DNA of 7,476 nt from an uncultured Erysipelotrichaceae bacterium (GTDB lineage: Bacteria; Bacillota_I; Bacilli_A; Erysipelotrichales; Erysipelotrichaceae). The number at the start of each line of letters is the position of its first letter. Position 1 is the stretch's first letter. A program made the position numbers and the translations under genes. The stretch spans positions 1 to 7,476 of the forward strand of contig CAYWGS010000071.1 in assembly GCA_964457525.1 (NCBI GenBank). The letters are read 5' to 3'. A model generated the notes under the pieces. That model ran no database searches and was not told the origin of the DNA. It saw only the letters and a program-made list of their open reading frames with translations. This document shows positions 6,355 through 7,476 of the stretch, in pieces.

Positions 6355-7355
6355 ACAATCCCCCTAACTTTCTCATAAATCGATTTTAACTTCTTTCCTA
6401 CTTCTGGAATACTTCTTTCAACCGCTAATTGATAGCCTGCTTCACAGGTATCAATCTGTTCTTTATTTAAGATTTGCTTAATATTGTTCGCGAATCCTTC
6501 GTTATCGATTGCCTTGAAACAGGATACATTATGTTCTAGCCAATCTTCATATACAGGAATATCACGAATGAGTACTGGGCACTTAGACGCAAGTGCTTCT
6601 AGAACAACAATCCCTTCTGTTTCTTCATAGGATGGAAAGAAGAAACAATCCGCAGATGCATAAGCACCTTCAATGATAGGCCCTTTAACATAACCTGGTA
6701 ATATAACATTTCTTGGATGATCATGGATCAAATCACGAACAGATTTAGGAATCGAAATCATCGGTGTATAACCAAACCAGATAAACTTAACATCTGGGAA
6801 ATACTTAGCGACTTCCATGAAGTCTTGTATCCCTTTGCGTTTAAAGTAAAGTCCTACGGATATAACAACTTTCTGATCATCCGATAATGAAAAATATCTT
6901 CTAAACGCTTTAACCTTTTCTTCATTATAGTTAAAACGATTTAAATCAATTCCATTCGATACATCTTCAATCTCAACCTCTATTCCATAATTTTGTAATA
7001 GTCGCTTCGAATAAGGTGTTGGAGTAATAATATAATCCGCTAATGAATAGAGATGAATTAAATGCTTACGCATAAATGGTGCAATCTGATTCGATAAGAT
7101 AAATGAGTTTCTAAAATCCTCTTCTGTACTGTGAGCATGGTAAATGACCTTTGCCCCATTCTTACGAGCATTCTCGATAACGGATGTACTTGTAATACCT
7201 ACAGTATTAATATGCAGAATATCAAACTTATCCTCTACATTTGTTGTATACTCGACACCGGCACTTTCAAGTGCTAGTTTCTGATGATGAAATGCACGAC
7301 CAATTCCAGATGTTTGAATTAATTTTTCTGACTCAAAGTATAATGCTACTTTCAT
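6351..7355 (-). CDS. GT4 family glycosyltransferase, probably the partner glycolipid (diglycosyl-diacylglycerol) synthase (CpoA / BgsA / LafB / alDGS-like)
   Basis: 334 aa with a GT-B fold pattern: N-terminal SGIGRAFHHQ, and the C-terminal EX7E signature (EETEGIVVLEALASKCPVLIRD) typical of retaining GT4 enzymes. A ~330-aa GT4 paired with a ~400-aa MGS-like GT4 is the conserved glycolipid/LTA-anchor synthesis pair in Lactobacillales, Listeria and Acholeplasma. The specific sugar and acceptor cannot be read from the sequence. The RBS AAAGGTG lies 6 nt before the ATG. Confidence 0.8.
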   Translation of the reverse strand: MKVALYFESEKLIQTSGIGRAFHHQKLALESAGVEYTTNVEDKFDILHINTVGITSTSVIENARKNGAKVIYHAHSTEEDFRNSFILSNQIAPFMRKHLIHLYSLADYIITPTPYSKRLLQNYGIEVEIEDVSNGIDLNRFNYNEEKVKAFRRYFSLSDDQKVVISVGLYFKRKGIQDFMEVAKYFPDVKFIWFGYTPMISIPKSVRDLIHDHPRNVILPGYVKGPIIEGAYASADCFFFPSYEETEGIVVLEALASKCPVLIRDIPVYEDWLEHNVSCFKAIDNEGFANNIKQILNKEQIDTCEAGYQLAVERSIPEVGKKLKSIYEKVRGIV

Positions 7356-7378
7356 ATTTTCACCTTTATCACATTAAA

Positions 7379-7387
7379 ATTATACCA
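7379..7387 (-). promoter_or_regulatory. Extended -10 promoter element (TGGTATAAT) for the GT4 / GT4::RecX / yhaM operon
   Basis: The minus strand reads TGGTATAAT (a TGnTATAAT consensus match) about 24 nt upstream of the ATG at 7355, followed by the RBS AAAGGTG. No good -35 is visible, because that region is the T-run of the upstream terminator. This is consistent with an extended -10 promoter that does not need a -35. Confidence 0.55.
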
Positions 7388-7391
7388 TACT

Positions 7392-7423
7392 AAAAAAAGG
7401 ATAACTTTTAGAAGTTATCCTTT
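7392..7423 (-). terminator. Rho-independent terminator of the upstream (partial) gene
   Basis: There is a perfect 12-bp stem (7396-7407 AAAGGATAACTT paired with 7412-7423 AAGTTATCCTTT) and a 4-nt loop (7408-7411). On the minus strand the stem is followed by and merges into a T7 run (7398-7392). It begins 6 nt after the TAA stop at 7431-7429. Confidence 0.8.
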
Positions 7424-7428
7424 AATCA

Positions 7429-7476
7429 TTAAGCAGCTAATTTAACTAAACGGTTATAACGTTTCTTAGCATCTTC
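7429..7476 (-). CDS. 3' end (15 codons + stop) of an unidentified gene continuing beyond the right edge
   Basis: The minus-strand frame reads ...EDAKKRYNRLVKLAA* with TAA at 7431-7429, followed directly by a strong terminator. It is too short for a product assignment. Confidence 0.5.
   Translation of the reverse strand, partial: EDAKKRYNRLVKLAA

Noticed and set aside
7392-7423. A 12-bp perfect inverted repeat, as a possible mobile-element terminal repeat or recombination site
   Set aside because: It is a single copy sited 6 nt after a stop codon and fused to a T-run, the textbook geometry of an intrinsic terminator. There is no transposase, integrase or second copy in the window.
1-7476. 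Searched for a Cheo/LexA box (GAAC-N4-GTTC), CRISPR repeats, tRNA-like structures and defence-system hallmarks
   Set aside because: I recognised none by eye. The CGAAC occurrences (e.g. ~491 and ~4645) lack the paired GTTCG half-site. The window is essentially fully occupied by the seven minus-strand genes.

Overview
This is an AT-rich window (about mid-30s %GC judged by eye, not computed) that looks like a low-GC Gram-positive (Bacillota-like) chromosome. UGA is used as a stop codon, so it is not a code-4 Mollicute. All supportable genes lie on the minus strand and are tightly packed, with only two real intergenic gaps (3362-3437 and 7356-7428). In transcription order (high to low coordinate) the window holds: (i) the last 15 codons of an unidentified gene followed by a strong hairpin/T-run terminator. 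(ii) An operon with an extended -10 promoter, encoding a 334-aa GT4 glycosyltransferase, a 660-aa protein and a YhaM-type OB-fold/HD 3'-5' exonuclease. The 660-aa protein is a complete GT4 glycosyltransferase (monoglucosyl-diacylglycerol-synthase-like) fused in frame to a complete Firmicute-type RecX. Its start overlaps the upstream stop (ATGA), and its stop overlaps the yhaM start. (iii) A copper-efflux operon with a sigma-A-like promoter carrying a CsoR-type inverted repeat between -35 and -10. Its gene order is copZ, copA (TTG start inside copZ), csoR, then a fourth gene 1 nt after csoR. That fourth gene runs off the left edge, so it is absent from the supplied ORF track. It encodes an N-terminal HMA domain (LTCTHC) fused to a membrane domain with an HCxxMCGG motif (DsbD_2 / TauE-SafE-like, COG2836-type). 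The most unusual items are the GT4::RecX fusion with its chaining to yhaM, and the non-canonical cop operon layout with the extra HMA-membrane gene. I saw no CRISPR array, tRNA/rRNA, transposase or integrase. All family assignments come from motif recognition by eye; no database search was possible.
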